64,000 nucleotides of DNA from Octopus vulgaris. Taxonomy: Eukaryota. This document shows positions 38,209-52,341 of the stretch, piece by piece. The stretch is from positions 40,052,001 through 40,116,000 of the forward strand of contig OX597827.1 of the NCBI GenBank assembly GCA_951406725.2, read 5' to 3'. Each line of letters starts with the position of its first letter. Within the stretch, counting starts at the first letter, position 1. The notes under the pieces were generated by a model. The model saw only the letters and a program-made list of their open reading frames with translations, ran no database searches and was not told where the DNA came from. Both the position numbers and the translations under genes were made by a program.

Positions 38209-38842
38209 TATGTGTTTTATTTTTTTTTTTTCAAAAATACTAAGTATATCCAATGTATCCCTCCTTTTGTAAGATGGTAGAAGGTAATTTTGAGGAGATT
38301 TGACTGACATTTCCAATAAATCAAGTAACTGAATAAAGACTGTCACACTGGGTTGTATTAGTACATTTACAGTGTATATGGGAAATATGTGCATATGTGT
38401 GTGTGCGCGTGTGTGCATGCATGAATTCGTGCATATGTGTGGGTACATGTACACACTCACAGCTGTATGGATAAGGGGCTTGCCTCCCAACCATATGGTT
38501 TCAAGTTGTCCATCAGAGGGCACAAGTGTCTTCTACTACATCCCTGTACCAATAGTTTCTATCTATCAAATCCATGTGAATGGATTTGATAGAGAGAAAT
38601 TGAAAGAAGCCTCTTGTATATGTATGTGTATATATATATATATTCAGGTGGCACATAAAAAGCACCCACTACACTCACGGAGTGGTTGGCGTTAGGAAGG
38701 GCATCCAGCTGTAGAAACACTGCCAGATCAGACTGGGCCTGGCGCAGCGTTCTGGCTTCCCAGACCCCAGTTGAACCGTCCAACCCATGCTAGCATGGAA
38801 AACGGACATTAAACGATGATGATGATGATGATATATATATAT

Positions 38843-38971
38843 ATATGCTTTATTTAAAAGCAGCGGAAATATAACAAAAGCCGTTACTCAGAGTTTCACG
38901 TTCCCATTTGTCGGACAGTTTCTGAGTAAAAAGCTTTTGTTATATTTCTGCTGCTTTTAAATAAAGCATAT
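38843..38971. repeat. Fold-back palindrome (~49-bp arms) enclosing a hammerhead-like motif
   Basis: atatgctttatttaaaagcagcggaaatataacaaaagc..ttactcaga versus tctgagtaa..gcttttgttatatttctgctgcttttaaataaagcatat. Confidence 0.88.
38881..38918 (-). ncRNA. Type I hammerhead ribozyme-like motif (degenerate core)
   Basis: Minus strand ctgt-CCGACAA-atg-ggaa-cgt-GAAA-ctc-t-gag-TA-acgg. All three stems pair and the triplet is GUA, but the core has U4C and G8A. Confidence 0.5.
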
Positions 38972-39547
38972 TACACTACCTCTGGTATTTGAGTACTCTT
39001 TTTTCCACCTTGTTTCACATTTATGTGCTTACTATGGTATATATATATATGTATATAAATAATTTCGTTCATTGTTTAACATCTATCTTCCATGCATGCA
39101 TGGGTAGGACATATGTATAAAATTAGGTTTCAAACACTTGAACTCAAAGTAAAAGTGTCATAACCAATAGCTATAAATAAAAATGTCAACAGTATATGTG
39201 TGGGTGTGTAAGTATATATATAGATACACATATAAACACGTGCATGCATGAGTTTATATACATATATATATACATATATTTTTATATATATACATACACA
39301 AAACTGTGTCTACATATATCAAAATAAGCAACAAGGATATCCAGAGGTAATGCAGTACAATCGCTTCATGAAACCCCATTTAATTGTATTTAATATGCAA
39401 TCATTTCATTACATCAATTTAAAATGTAGAGCAATTTTCAGCTGCCCAAAGACATAGAATTAAATTAAATTTGAAGGACACATTAGTATAATTTTACCCA
39501 AATTCTCCAAGAAGATAAGGAGAATGTGTTTTACCAACAACATCACA

Positions 39548-39587
<40 letters not shown>

Positions 39588-39800
39588 CATACAAGTGTGT
39601 GTGTGTGTCTGTGTATACACACACACAACACAGCACAGGCATAGCCATGTGGTTAAATTAGGTGTTTTTCCTTCACAATCATGCAGCTTCAGGTTCAATC
39701 CCACTTTGTGGTCCTTTGGACAAGTATGTTCTACTACAGCCTCAAGCTAACCAAAGCTTTGTGAGCGAATTTAGTACATGGAAACTGAAAGAAGCTCATT

Positions 39801-39835
<35 letters not shown>

Positions 39836-40139
39836 AGAATGTGTGCATGGAGGGGTGGCCTCCTCATCTTAGCATTCTTGTGTCACTTTCATACAAGCAG
39901 TATCAGTCATTTCCAATCTGGCATCAAGACATGTCCAGTGATGAGGAAATATTACCTTGGTTGGAAATAGATGAAGGATATCTGTGTATGTATCTACATA
40001 TATATATATACACACACATATATGCATACATACATGTATGTATATACATACATATATACATACATGTACGCATATATATATACACACATATACATACACA
40101 CATGTATGTATATACACACATATATACATACATGTACGC

Positions 40140-40176
<37 letters not shown>

Positions 40177-40810
40177 TTCACACATGTATGTATCTACACA
40201 CATATTTACAGACATATATATATACACACACACACAATATGTACGTATATTTGTATATACATATATATATATACATACATCATATATAGAAGTGTGTGTG
40301 TAACAATAATTGTTTCTATTTTCTTATCTTTCATTTTCCTCTTTAGTCTTTATCTTTAACCTGTGTATACATTTTCCTACCTAACTATCTTTCTCTCCCT
40401 CTCTCTCTATCTATCTATCTTTCTATCAATCTTTAGAGAACCTCAGTTACTCATCTCCTCTCCTAATATGTAGTGTTTGTTACATGAGTCATAAAGAACC
40501 TATGTTATTTCGTGACTATTTAGATTAAGCCTTTCTAACCCCTTTCATTATACAACTTCTTAATAAGCCTCAGGTAGGATTCACTGTTTTTGTAAAACTT
40601 CCAAATAAAATACATCTTTTTCTTTCTTCTCTTTTCTTTTCTCTTTGTCTCTTTCTTCACCACTACCAACTTAACCACAGAAGCTCCAAAGATCATTTTA
40701 GTACAATTATATAGATGCAAGCATCTGAGCCGCTGGAAATAACAACAATGGTCATAACTGGAACGACCTTGACCTGCTGGATCAGAGCTGACCTCGGGCT
40801 CCATATATGT

Positions 40811-41210
40811 ACTCTTTACTCTTTTAATCTTTTATTTGTTTCAGTCATTTAACTGCAGCCATGCTGGAGCACTGCCTTTAGTCAAGCAAATCGACCCCAG
40901 GACTTATTCTTTGTAAGCCTAGTACTTATTCTATCGGTCTCTTTTGCCGAATTGCTAAGTTACATGGACGTAAACACACCATCAACGGTTGTCAAGCAAT
41001 GTTTGGGGACAAACACAGACACAAAAACACACACACACACATATATATATGCATATACATATATACGATGGGCTTCTTTCAGTTTCCGTCTACCAAATGC
41101 ACTCACAAGGTTTTGGTTGGCCTGAGGCTATAGAAGAAGACACTTGCCCAAGTTGCCAGGCAGTGGGACTGAACTCAGAACCATGTAGTTGGTAAGCAAG
41201 CTACTTACCA
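40811..41210 (-). mobile_element. SINE family A
   Basis: Matches the family A consensus. Confidence 0.9.
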
Positions 41211-41254
41211 ACCTCTACCTCTTCCCTCTACTGCTAGGGTATGAAACATTTTCA

Positions 41255-41660
41255 CACAGCTGTCCTCATCCATACGCAACACATGACCATACCAGTGCAG
41301 TCATCTCTCTTGCACACCACATCTGATGCTTCTTATGTCCACTCTGACAGTGTATGCACACTGACATTACACATCCAGCGGAGCATACTAGCTTCATTCC
41401 TTGCAAGCTTATGCATGTCCTCAGCAGTCACAGCCCGTGTTTCACTGCCATGTAGCCTGGCTGTTTGCACGCATGCATCATTGTCTACCTTTTACTCTGA
41501 GCAAGTGGCACTTTGTTACCAGTAGAGGTAAGAGCTCTCTGAACTTTGCCCAAGTTATTCTTAAATCCCAACAATAGACCACCCTTGGGTGCACATCAGA
41601 GCATCCACCCCCACTACTGACTTGCTCACTTAGGTAATGGAAGCTATCAACTACTTTCAT
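41255..41660 (-). mobile_element. RTE-clade LINE ORF remnant
   Basis: Minus strand WAKFRELLPLL..KGR..ACVQTARLHGSETRAV..NEASMLRWMCNVS..LHWYGHVLRMDEDSC. Confidence 0.88.
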
Positions 41661-42100
41661 GTCAAAGTGAGAAAGAAACAAGTAAGGTATCAGGTATATG
41701 GGGTGTTTAAACCAAAAATCTACCAAAAGTTATTTTCAATCTTCTCTAAACCCTAGAGAAGACCTCACAATGAATTTGTTATTGGACCCTAAAGTTTGTA
41801 TTCATATTGCTTTTGCCCCAAAATAAAGAATTATAAAGGTAAGTGGCTGGCAGAAATGGTTAGAGTGACAGACATAATACCTTGCAATATTCAATTACAT
41901 CCCCTGATCTTTCTGTATGTATCTAATCCCTTAGTGACATCTCTCTAAAAGGAAGGCTTAACCAATTTCTTGAGGGCTTCTATTGCTTAAGAACAAGATA
42001 AGGGACCTTGAACAGCTTATCAGACAGAGGTCAAAATAATGGAAATAGGCTAGAGCTAAGATTAAGAATAAGATTAGTAAGAAAATAAAAATAGTTGTGG

Positions 42101-42325
42101 TGTGTCTGGGGAGAGTAATTTTCTTTTTGTGCCTTATAATTTAACACACTCACTGATTAAATTTCCACTTTACCGATGAGTGTGTTAAATTATAAGGCAC
42201 AGAAAGAAAATTACTTTCCCCAGACACAACAGAATATGCTTCAACACACAAACTCACATAAAGAATCTTGCAAACCAAATCCAAAAACGAAACAGTTGCG
42301 GTGATTTTCATATTTTTAATGAAAT
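42101..42325. repeat. Second fold-back copy of the 34.7-kb repeat family (arms 42101-42155 and 42172-42228)
   Basis: tgtgtctggggagagtaattttctttttgtgccttataatttaacacactca and its reverse complement; continues into the reverse complement of 34636-34690. Confidence 0.88.
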
Positions 42326-43074
42326 TAGTAGAATAATAGTGAATATGGTGGTAGTGGTAACAGTAAAAGTAGCTGTAGTAGTGAAGTTAGTAATAGTATT
42401 AGTAGTTGTAATGGTCACAGTGATAGCAACATTTGGTGGTGGTGGTGGTGGTAATTTTAGTATTTGTAAAGAAATTAGTAAGCAATAAATGTGGTAGTAG
42501 TAATAACAGTAAAAGTAGCTACGGTAGAGAAGGTGGTGACGGTGGTAGTAGTGGTGGTGGTGATGCTAGCAAGTGTTGCTGGTATTGGTGATGTCTGTGC
42601 CAATAGTAAAATTTGAAAGTCTACTGCTGTCCAGCAATCTCTTATGTATCTGCCATAACCAATTACCATTTCATCTGAAGGACTGGAGTTTTATAGTCAT
42701 CAGTGTTCAAGAGTGAGCACACCAAAATCAATGCTGTTCAAATCAGTATGTTCTTCCTTATATAGCAATAGCACCGACCAAGAGAATAAACAAAATGCAC
42801 AAGGGTGTGACACAACCAACCACTTGACCATTCTATTATTAACATCATCATTTTAACATCCAGTTTTCGGATGGAATTTGTTGAGGCAGAATTTCTACAG
42901 CTGGATGACCTTCCTGTCGTCAACCCTCACCTGTTTCTATGTAAGCTAATAATTCCCCATGACCAGGTATGTTTTCACAGATTAAAAACAAAGGATATAA
43001 TTTACATGACAGTTACACTGATTTACAACTATCATGAGATGTTCAAGCAAGGAGATAATAATACATATACACAG

Positions 43075-43542
43075 GCTAACCGGCTTCCGTGCTGGTGGCA
43101 CTTAAAGGGCACCATTCGAGCGTGATCATTACCAGCATCGCCTTACTGGCACTTGTGCCCATGCTAGTAGGGTGCCAAGAGCACCATCCGAGCGTGATTG
43201 TTGCCAGAGCAGCCAACTGGCTTCCGTGCTAGTGGCACATAAAAGGGCACCATTTGAGCGTGATCGTTACCAACGTCGCCTTACTGGCACCTGTGCTGGT
43301 GGCATGTGTAAAAAGATTCAAGCGAGGTCATTGCCAGTACTGCCTGACAGGCCCCCGTGCCGGTGGCATATAAAAAGCACCCACTACACTCTCGGAGTGG
43401 TTGGCGTTAGGAAGGGCATCCAGCAGTAGAAACTCTGCCAAATCAAGATTGGAGCCTGGTGCAGCCATCTGGTTCGCCAGCCCTCAGTCAAAATCGTCCA
43501 ACCCATGCTAGCATGGAAAGCGGACGTTAAACGATGATGATG
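43075..43542 (+). mobile_element. Family C long form, young copy
   Basis: Duplicated ggcac..aaagggcaccattYgagcgtgatc.ttacca units, then the family C 3' end with (GAT)n. Confidence 0.85.
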
Positions 43543-44234
43543 ACACACATACATACATTATGGGCTTCTTTCAGTTTCCATCTACCAAATTTACTTACAA
43601 GGTTTGCATCTATAATAGAAGACACCTGCCCAAGGTGCCATGCAGTGAGACTGAACTTGAAACTAAGGGGTTGGGAAGCAAATTTCTTACCATACAGCCA
43701 AGTTTGCACCTATGAATGTGCCCAACTAATGTAAATCAACTCAACCAGCATCTTATGTTATAACCATTCATCTTGGTATTGCCTGATTGAATGCTTGTGG
43801 TGTGAAACTCATGAGTAACTACAGAATAAATCTTCAAATGTATTTGAGTACTCTTAGATTCATTCACAAGGAAAAATGAGTATATGTATGTGCAAGTGAA
43901 GTGGATTATTGGTCCACTGTCAGACATCTATTTTCTACAATGACATACACATTGAGTCCTATCCAAAAACATTCACACACACACACACACACATACAACA
44001 CAAATACACAGATTCTTCTGCCTTGCCCATTAGTGCTGATGTGATTATTGTGGTCAGCAGAAATTGAAGTCTTGATTGCTATAACAGCCCATCATACAGC
44101 TATCATAACAGGATGTTGGAAAACAGAATCATCTAGCAGATGGTTTGGTAATGACTCTCTCTCTCTCTCTCTCTCTGTGCATAAAGAACATAAAGAAGGG
44201 GTAGTAGTGGTATAGCAAAAACTGTTTACTATTC

Positions 44235-44438
44235 TTTTCTTTCTTTTATTTGCAGCCATGCTGGAGCACCGCCTTTAGTTAAGCAAATTGACCCCAGCAC
44301 TTATTCTTTGTAAGCGTAGTGCTTATTCTATCGGTCTGTCTTGCTGAATTGCTAAGTGACGGGGACGTAAACACACCAGCATCAGTTGTCAAGTGATGTT
44401 GGGGGGACAAACACAGAAACACAAACATATACATACAT

Positions 44439-44482
<44 letters not shown>

Positions 44483-44645
44483 GGTAGGCTTCTTTCAGTT
44501 TCCGTCTACCAAATCCACTCACAAGGTTTTGGTCGGCTCGAGGCTATAGTAGAAGACACTTGCCCAAGGTGCCACGCAGTGGGACTGAACCCGGAACTAT
44601 GTGGTTCGTAAGCAAGCTACTTACCACACAGTCACTCCTGCGCCT
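44235..44645 (-). mobile_element. SINE family A
   Basis: Matches the family A consensus. Confidence 0.9.
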
Positions 44646-44923
44646 ATTTGAATGTTGCTATTGTTGTTTAGCCCCAGGTTAATCTTGATTGAGCAGATCA
44701 ACCATGAAAGAGCATTCCAACTCAACTGTGGCCACTTTTTATTGATGGTAGGTTATGATTTGAGGGAAAATTGTCTGCTACTCTTAGCAAGTCAAATAAC
44801 TACATAGAGACTCCTTCAGTGGGTTGATTACAAGTTAGTCTGCTGAGAATGGGTAGCACTCAGACTTGCTTCATCAGCTACCTTAGAGTGAATTGATGTT
44901 AATATAGTTGGTATTTGTGATAA

Positions 44924-45156
44924 GGCAGTGAGCTGGCAGAAACGTTAGCACGCCAGATGAAATGCTTAGTGGTATTTCATCTGTCATTACGTTCTGAGTT
45001 CAAATTCCGCCGAGGTCAACTTTGCCTTTCATCCTTTCGGGGTCGATAAATTAAGTACCAGTTACGCCCTGGGCTCGATGTAATCGACTTAATACCTAAG
45101 TCTGTCCTTGTTTGTCCCCTCTATGTTTAGCCCCTTGTGGGTAATAAAGAAATAGA
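44924..45156 (+). mobile_element. SINE family B with a 12-bp TSD
   Basis: TSD tatttgtgataa at 44912-44923 and 45157-45168. Confidence 0.92.
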
Positions 45157-45661
45157 TATTTGTGATAAAAAAGATGTAGCAGAGGGAGAAATTGTGAGGT
45201 AGAGAGTAAAAACGGTGGTGGTTATGGTGATGATGATGGTGGTTATGGTGGTGGCAGTGGTGGTGGTGGTGGGTACAGAAGACTGATACTGTCAGTGTTC
45301 CCCTTAAACCACTGCAGGTCAACTTTCACAGGAAAAATATGAGCAGAAAGAGAGAGGAGAGTTCTAGGAAGAAGGTAGGGCAACACTGCATAAAGGAAAC
45401 AGGGTGTAGTGATTAAGTGTGGAATCTGGAGGGTTTATGAGAGGAGGAGAGGCAAGTAAGTTCAGAATGCATGAACAGAAGTGACATGAACCCAGCCAGT
45501 TACAAGGGTGGTGGTGATGATGATGATCATTGGGGGAGGGGGGGCTAGTCGATTATATGGACCCTAGTGCTCCACTGGAACTTATCTAATCAACCTCAAA
45601 AGGATGAAAGGCAAAGTCAAACTCAGCAGAATTTGAACACAGAACATTGTGATGGGTGAAA

Positions 45662-45889
45662 TATCTATTTCTTTATTACCCACAAGGGGCTAAACATAGA
45701 GGGGACAAACAAAGACAGACATAGGTATTAAGTCGATTACATTGACCCCAGTGCGTAAGTGGTACTTAATTTATCGACCCCGAAAGGATGAATGGCAAAG
45801 TCGACCTCGGCGGAATTTGAACTCACAACGTAACGACAGACGAATTACGGATACACATTTCGCCCGGCGTGCTGTTTCTGCCAGCTCCC
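45662..45889 (-). mobile_element. SINE family B nested in an older family B copy (45545-45938)
   Basis: Reverse complement of 44924-45156; the host copy resumes at cactaagcatttc. Confidence 0.88.
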
Positions 45890-46697
45890 ACTAAGCATTT
45901 CATTCAGCATGGTAATGATTCTGCCAGGTCACCACCTTAGCAATAATGATGATGATGATGATTGTGTGTGTGTGTGTGTGGTGCAAAAACTATACAATAT
46001 TTTGGAGAAGGATGCAAACAATTATACAAAGCTTAGTACCCAAGAAACATTTATTTCATTGAACCTAGAAGGAAGGATGACAAAACTGACTCCCAGCTGG
46101 GAGTTGAACTCTGAATGTACTACAAGGTATTTTGTTTGTCACACTATATAAGGCCACAAATTTATTGTATCGACCATGAAAGGATGGAAAGTGAAACCAA
46201 CTTTGGTAAGATTTGAACATAGAACGTAATGTGACATAGATGAATACTGCAAGGCTATTTATTCACTACCCCTCTAATTCTCGAATGCTTCATTCTACAA
46301 CAACAGCAATTACTATTATCATAATTATAATAATCATAAATAGGGCTCAAAGCCTCAGATTCTTACAAATGAAAAATTCAATTACATTGGTACCAGAATT
46401 TCATTGGTACAGGAAGTACAAACAGCAAAGCCAATCCCAGAAAGGTATGAACTCAAAGTATACAGAAAAGAAACTAAATATTGCAAGGCGCTTGGGACCA
46501 GACATTTTGGATTTTTTTTGTTTTTTTTGTTTACTAAATCTGAGATTCACCAATATAGGAACTGACTTTATATGCCAATTATCTCAATCTGAGTCATACA
46601 CACAGAGAAACATGCACACCTACATACATACACTCAGTATTGGTTTTACAGCATGTATAATATCTGATATCATGGGAATGCAACTGCACACCTAGTA

Positions 46698-46737
<40 letters not shown>

Positions 46738-47152
46738 TACCCCCATGGATTTATATGGATAACACTGTACAAAATTCTGGTGCATCTAATTTAAGTACCA
46801 CATTCATTTGAATTTATATATATATATATATATACATGTAGGAGGATGGTAATAGAAAACAAGGGTGTATATGTGGATATTCATACATGCATAAACATGT
46901 GTGTGCTTGCTTATCTGTAGACAGGCAGACAGACAGAGCAGTAGAAAGGTAGAGGGGTACCTCTGGGTAAGAAAGTAATGTTAGTGGTTAATAGAAGTTA
47001 CATATAAGAGAGGAAAAAGAGCAGCAAAGAGCTATGGAGTAATGAAAGTCATTAAAGTTGATAATGGGGATAATTAGAAGTGTGTGCATATGTGTACATG
47101 TACATCATCATTTTACATCTGTTTTCCAAGCTGGCATGGATAGGATAATTAG

Positions 47153-47153
<1 letters not shown>

Positions 47154-47211
<58 letters not shown>

Positions 47212-47449
47212 GGGGGGGGGTAGATGGAGAGAGAGGAGAGAGAGAGGGGGGGTAGATGGAGAGAGAGAGAGAGAGAGGGGGGTAGATGGAGAGAGAGGAG
47301 AGAGGAGAGAGGAGGGAGAGAGAGGAGCAGATGGAGAGAGAGGAGCAGATGGAGAGAGAGAAGCAGAGGGAGAGAGCAGAGCAGAGGGAGAGAGAGGAAG
47401 GAGAGAGAGAAGAGAGAGAGGAGAGAGAGGAGAGGAAGGAGAGAGAGAG
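47154..47449. repeat. (TG)n followed by GA-rich compound repeat with G-runs
   Basis: Directly visible; three gggggtagatggagaga units. Confidence 0.9.
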
Positions 47450-47891
47450 CATGTGCATGCTTTATGCATGCTTTCTATGCTAGCATGGCTAGGATGGCTC
47501 ACCAGGATTCAACAGTCAGAGGACCACAATTTCGTCCAATGCCTCATTTTTGGCATGGTTTCTACAGCTGGACGCCCTTCCTAACACCAACCACATTACA
47601 GAGTGTGCCGTGTGTATTTTTCACAGCACCAGCAATGATACATGCCTAAGTGATTAAGAAGTTTACTTCATCATAAACATCACCAAAATCTTAATGTCCA
47701 CTTTCCATACTTGCATGGGTTGGATGTAATTTATTGAGGCAGATTTTCTATGGCTGGATGTCCTTTCTGTTAACAACCTTTACTTGTTTCTAAGCAAGGT
47801 AATATTTTCCCCATAGCTAGACATGTTTTTCCTGGGTGGTTGGATGTCTAGACAAGGGTAAAAACAAACACATAAATATGCATACATAACA

Positions 47892-48090
47892 TACAGGGTG
47901 GACCAAAAGTCACACACTAAAACATTTGACATTTTATTTATATTGTTATTAATCTTACATAATTATTATTATTATTCATTTTGTTCATCATGTACATTAT
48001 TTTGTCCAATTTCAAAAAATTGAAGAATGTGTTTGACAATTCTGGAGCTTAGTGAACTTATTTTATGCCCAACTTTTGGCCTATCCTGTA
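47892..48090. mobile_element. Tc1/mariner MITE
   Basis: TA-cagggtggaccaaaagt ... acttttggcctatcctg-TA. Confidence 0.8.
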
Positions 48091-49012
48091 TACGTGTGTG
48101 TGTGTGTGTGTGTGCACAAAAGCACCCATTACACTCTCAGAGTGGTTGGTGTTAGGAAGGGCATCCAGCTGTAGAAATCACGCCAAATCAGACTGGTATC
48201 GGGTGCAGCCCCTCAGCTTTCCAGCCCTGGTCAAACTATCCAACCCATGCCAGCATGGACAACAGTTGTTAAAGGATGAAGATGATGATAAAAGCCTTGT
48301 GAGTGGATTTGGTAGACAGAAACTGAAAGAAGCCTATGTGTGTGTGTGAGTGTCTTTGTATCCGTGTTTGCCCCTCACTACTGCTTGAAAACTGGTGTTG
48401 GTATGTTTACATCCCTGTAACTTAGCAGTTTGGCAAAAGAGACTGATAGAATAAATACCAAGCTTTTAAAAAGAGTACAGGGGTTGATTCATTCAACTAA
48501 AGTTCTCCAAGGCAGTGCTCCAGCATGACCACAGTCTAATGATTGAAACAAGTAAGCAATTAAAGATGACTACCAGATCTTTCAGCTCTGAAGCCAACCT
48601 TGCCATTCACAGCAGAAAGAACAGGGAGATTGAAATACAGAAGCGAAAATATGTGTTAATCATATTTTGCAAGGTTAGATTCACAGGGGAGGGGATCTGT
48701 TAGGCACAATAATTTAATTTGTTTTTATTAATTTAAACTGGTTTTAACTAATTTTAACATATTTTACTAAGTGTTTATCAATTTTATTCTCATTTAGCTT
48801 TTTTTTTTATCAACTTTTATACATTTTACCCTTCGTCCGTGAGAGTCATCTCATACACATTGTGCATATATACATACAAACACATACAGGTGTAACATAT
48901 AATGAACAAACATACATTACTATGTACATATAAAAAAAACAAATGTTTAACACACAAGCTCATGAATGATTCAATCACCAAAAGACTGAAAGGAAGAAAA
49001 GCACACTAGTGT

Positions 49013-49095
<83 letters not shown>

Positions 49096-49354
49096 GTCTA
49101 TCTATCTATCATTCTTGCTCACAAACCTACACACACACAGATGTACAGTCATTTCATAAGATCAGTATAAGATGCAATAAACTTCATCGTTACAACCAAA
49201 CACATCTGACAGAGACACATGACAATAAATGGATTTTTGCTGTTTTGATATTGTTTAACCACAAAGTACACGTGATGGGGCTGGTTTATTTCTTTTTCCC
49301 TTTTAACAGTCTAACCAACACAGGTTTTTTTAGTACACACCAACGCACGCATGT

Positions 49355-49428
<74 letters not shown>

Positions 49429-50125
49429 AATGTGTGGGAGGTTTGTGAAAACAGTTGACATATGCACAAAGAAATAAATACATAAATACAAAAAAACATA
49501 CATACACACACACACACCTATATATAAACATATATAATTGGATTTGGTATTGAAAACATGAGCCTGTTCCAGTTTTATCTTATCAAGATTCTTTGTTTTG
49601 TTATTGTTCTATATGCTTCCACACCATCCCGCCCACTCTCCAAGTTCCTTACAGTTTCAATGGAACTGTAAAGGTCCTACATCCATTATCAAGCTTCAAA
49701 ACTTTCAGGATGAAGTGTTGTAGGCATGTGTAACTGCTTTTCTATTGTAAGCCACACCAACGTGATTATGTAGGCACCACTGCAGGAATTTGAATTTTGA
49801 CTGTTATAAATTCAAATTTCTTTAGTTCAAGTATTTGTTTTTATTTACATGCTGTCTCTGAATGGATTTTAGTATTGTGCTGTTATAAATATTTTATAGT
49901 TTATAGATCCATTAATTTTTCAGTGTTGCTTCATAGAGTATTTGCAATCGCTCCTAGTTCTGTGTGGTTGAGCCAGCAAGAGAGTGTTTTATTTGTATGG
50001 TCAGTATAATAGTTGGGGTACTATAATTAACAACTTTCACACTCACAGTCAAATTCATAAATCAGACTTGTCATTAGTGGCTTGTTCACAGACTTACATG
50101 CTGGCAGTTCTTTCTGGTGAAAATA

Positions 50126-50400
50126 TTTTTACCTCCGCCTTAGCGAAGTCAGAGTTAGCATTTTCAGTTGTGTTTGTTAGTTTGTTTGACCATGGACAAG
50201 ATATCTCAAGAACCACTGGATGGATTCGGATGAAACTTTCAGAGATGTTTGGCCTTGTGACTAGCACAAACTGATTAGATTCTGGTACTGGACAAGAATT
50301 CTGGATTATTTTTCTGGGTTTTTTTTTTACTTAATTTTTGAGAGCAGTTGAGTTCATTTCAGATATTCTCATTTTAAAAATCATGTCTGGTGAGGACATT
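50126..50400 (+). mobile_element. Helentron/HINE (DINE-1-like) non-autonomous element fragment
   Basis: Starts in a T-run (tttttacctccgcc), has a (gttt)n microsatellite, then gatatctcaagaaccactggatggattcggatgaaacttt, resembling the HINE core. Confidence 0.55.
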
Positions 50401-50818
50401 GGTGTTGCCTTATTTTTTAATGTTTTCATAATATATTATGAGTTTGAGTTTATGGCTTGGTGTAATGTATTTTGTGTTCTGCTTTATGAGGGTGTTAATC
50501 TATTCCATAGGAGTATAATGAGTATTGTTTTATAGCTTGGCCTATTAGTTTGTTGAATGTTGACACTTTCTTGTTTCATTTTGTTTTCACAGATTTTACC
50601 AAGTTGGTAAAATCTATGCTAAGAACACTTAAATTTTCTTCGCTAACACAAAACACTAGAGATATTAATCCACAGAATGAAAGAACAAAGTGCCAACATT
50701 CAAGCAGCAAGGATCAAAATCATGATGTATACAGTGATCTCTATCCCATTCTTAAGTATTCATTACAGGATTTTGTCCTGAAGAACAATTTTTTTCCTGT
50801 GTATGTATGTATGCATTG

Positions 50819-50880
<62 letters not shown>

Positions 50881-51355
50881 ATGTGTGTGTATGATGTGTA
50901 CATGACAGGCTTTCATACAGTTTTTTTGCCAGTCACAAATTTGGTCAACTCAAGATACTTACCCAAAGTGTGACACAATGGGAATATAGAAATCAAACCA
51001 AATGGTTGCACAGCAAACTTTCTAACTATACAACTATATCCACATCTACAACCAGATAGACATCAATTCATATATACATGTCATCATCATTTAGCATCGT
51101 TTTCAATGGTGACATAGGTTAGACAGGTTGACTAGAACTGGTAAGCCAGAGAGTTGCACCAGGCTCCAGTCTGTCTTTGGTTTCGTTTCTATAGCTGAAT
51201 GCTTTTCCTAGTGCCAACCACTCCACAGAGTAGACTTTTATATGTCACCGGCATGGGTGCGTTTTACTTGCATGTTGGACAGCCCAACATGCAAGTAGTA
51301 GACCAAAAGATAGATACAAAGACAAATGTATAAGCAGAGATATAGACAACTGGAT

Positions 51356-51371
51356 AGGGATGGAGAGAGAG

Positions 51372-51404
<33 letters not shown>

Positions 51405-51413
51405 GATGAAGGA

Positions 51414-51465
<52 letters not shown>

Positions 51466-51988
51466 AGAAAGGATGAAAGAAAGGATGAAAGGAAGATGAA
51501 GGATGAAGGAAAGAAAGAAAGGATGATAGAAAGAATAAAAGAAAGAAAGAAAGAAGGATGAAAGAATGACAGAAAGAAAGAAAAGAAGGATGAAAGAATG
51601 ACAGAAAGAAAGAAGAGTGAAAGAAAGGATGAAAGAAAATAAGAAAGAATGAAAGAAAGGATGAAAAAAAAAGGGAAAGATGAAAGAATGACAGAAGGGT
51701 GAAAGAAAGGATGAACGATAGAAAAAGAAAAACAAAGTAAAACAAAGAAATAAGAGGAAAAAGAAAGAAATAGAATAAGGGGGGAAAGAAATATAGCAAA
51801 AGAGGAAGAGGAAAAAGAAGAAACAAAGAAAAATGGAAAGAGGAAAAGAAAGAGATAAAGGAAATAGGAAAAAGAAGGAAAAAAAGAAACGAAGAAGAAG
51901 AAGAAGAAGAAAAAGAAGAAGAAGAAAAAGAAGAAGAAGAAGAAGAAGAAGAAGAAGAAGAAGAAGAAGAAGAAGAAGAAGAAGAAAG
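51356..51988. repeat. ~630-bp almost purine-only tract: (GAAA)n, degenerate, (GAA)n
   Basis: Directly visible. Confidence 0.95.
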
Positions 51989-52341
51989 CATCAGCAGTAG
52001 CCAAGGAAGAAGCCAGTAGCCTAATCGTTAACGAACAAAGGAATCTCCAACTGTCAACCAATAAAACCACCTTGGCTAGAAGTTGGTTGGATGTAGAAAG
52101 TGTGAGTGGGATGTTGTTAGCAAGGTGCTTTTAAAATTCAAACAGAAACTCCCTAACGGAAAAAAAAAGTCTAACTTGTTTTGAACAGAAGCGATTAGTG
52201 GTTAAAGAGAACGACTGGTGGTTGTGAGTAACCGAACAGTGTGGAGCTATGATAAAATGTAGTGGTGGTGGTGGTGACAGAGAGGGTGAGGTAACAGTGC
52301 TGAGTAACGAGGGGAAGGGAGAAAGCAACACTGAGACTGTA

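Noticed and set aside
40660-40732. Minus-strand exon after the acceptor ttatttccag
   Set aside because: No convincing donor site; insufficient support.
51238-52070. Long Phe/Ser-rich ORFs (165-268 aa)
   Set aside because: Stop-free frames of (TTC)n/(TTTC)n simple repeats.
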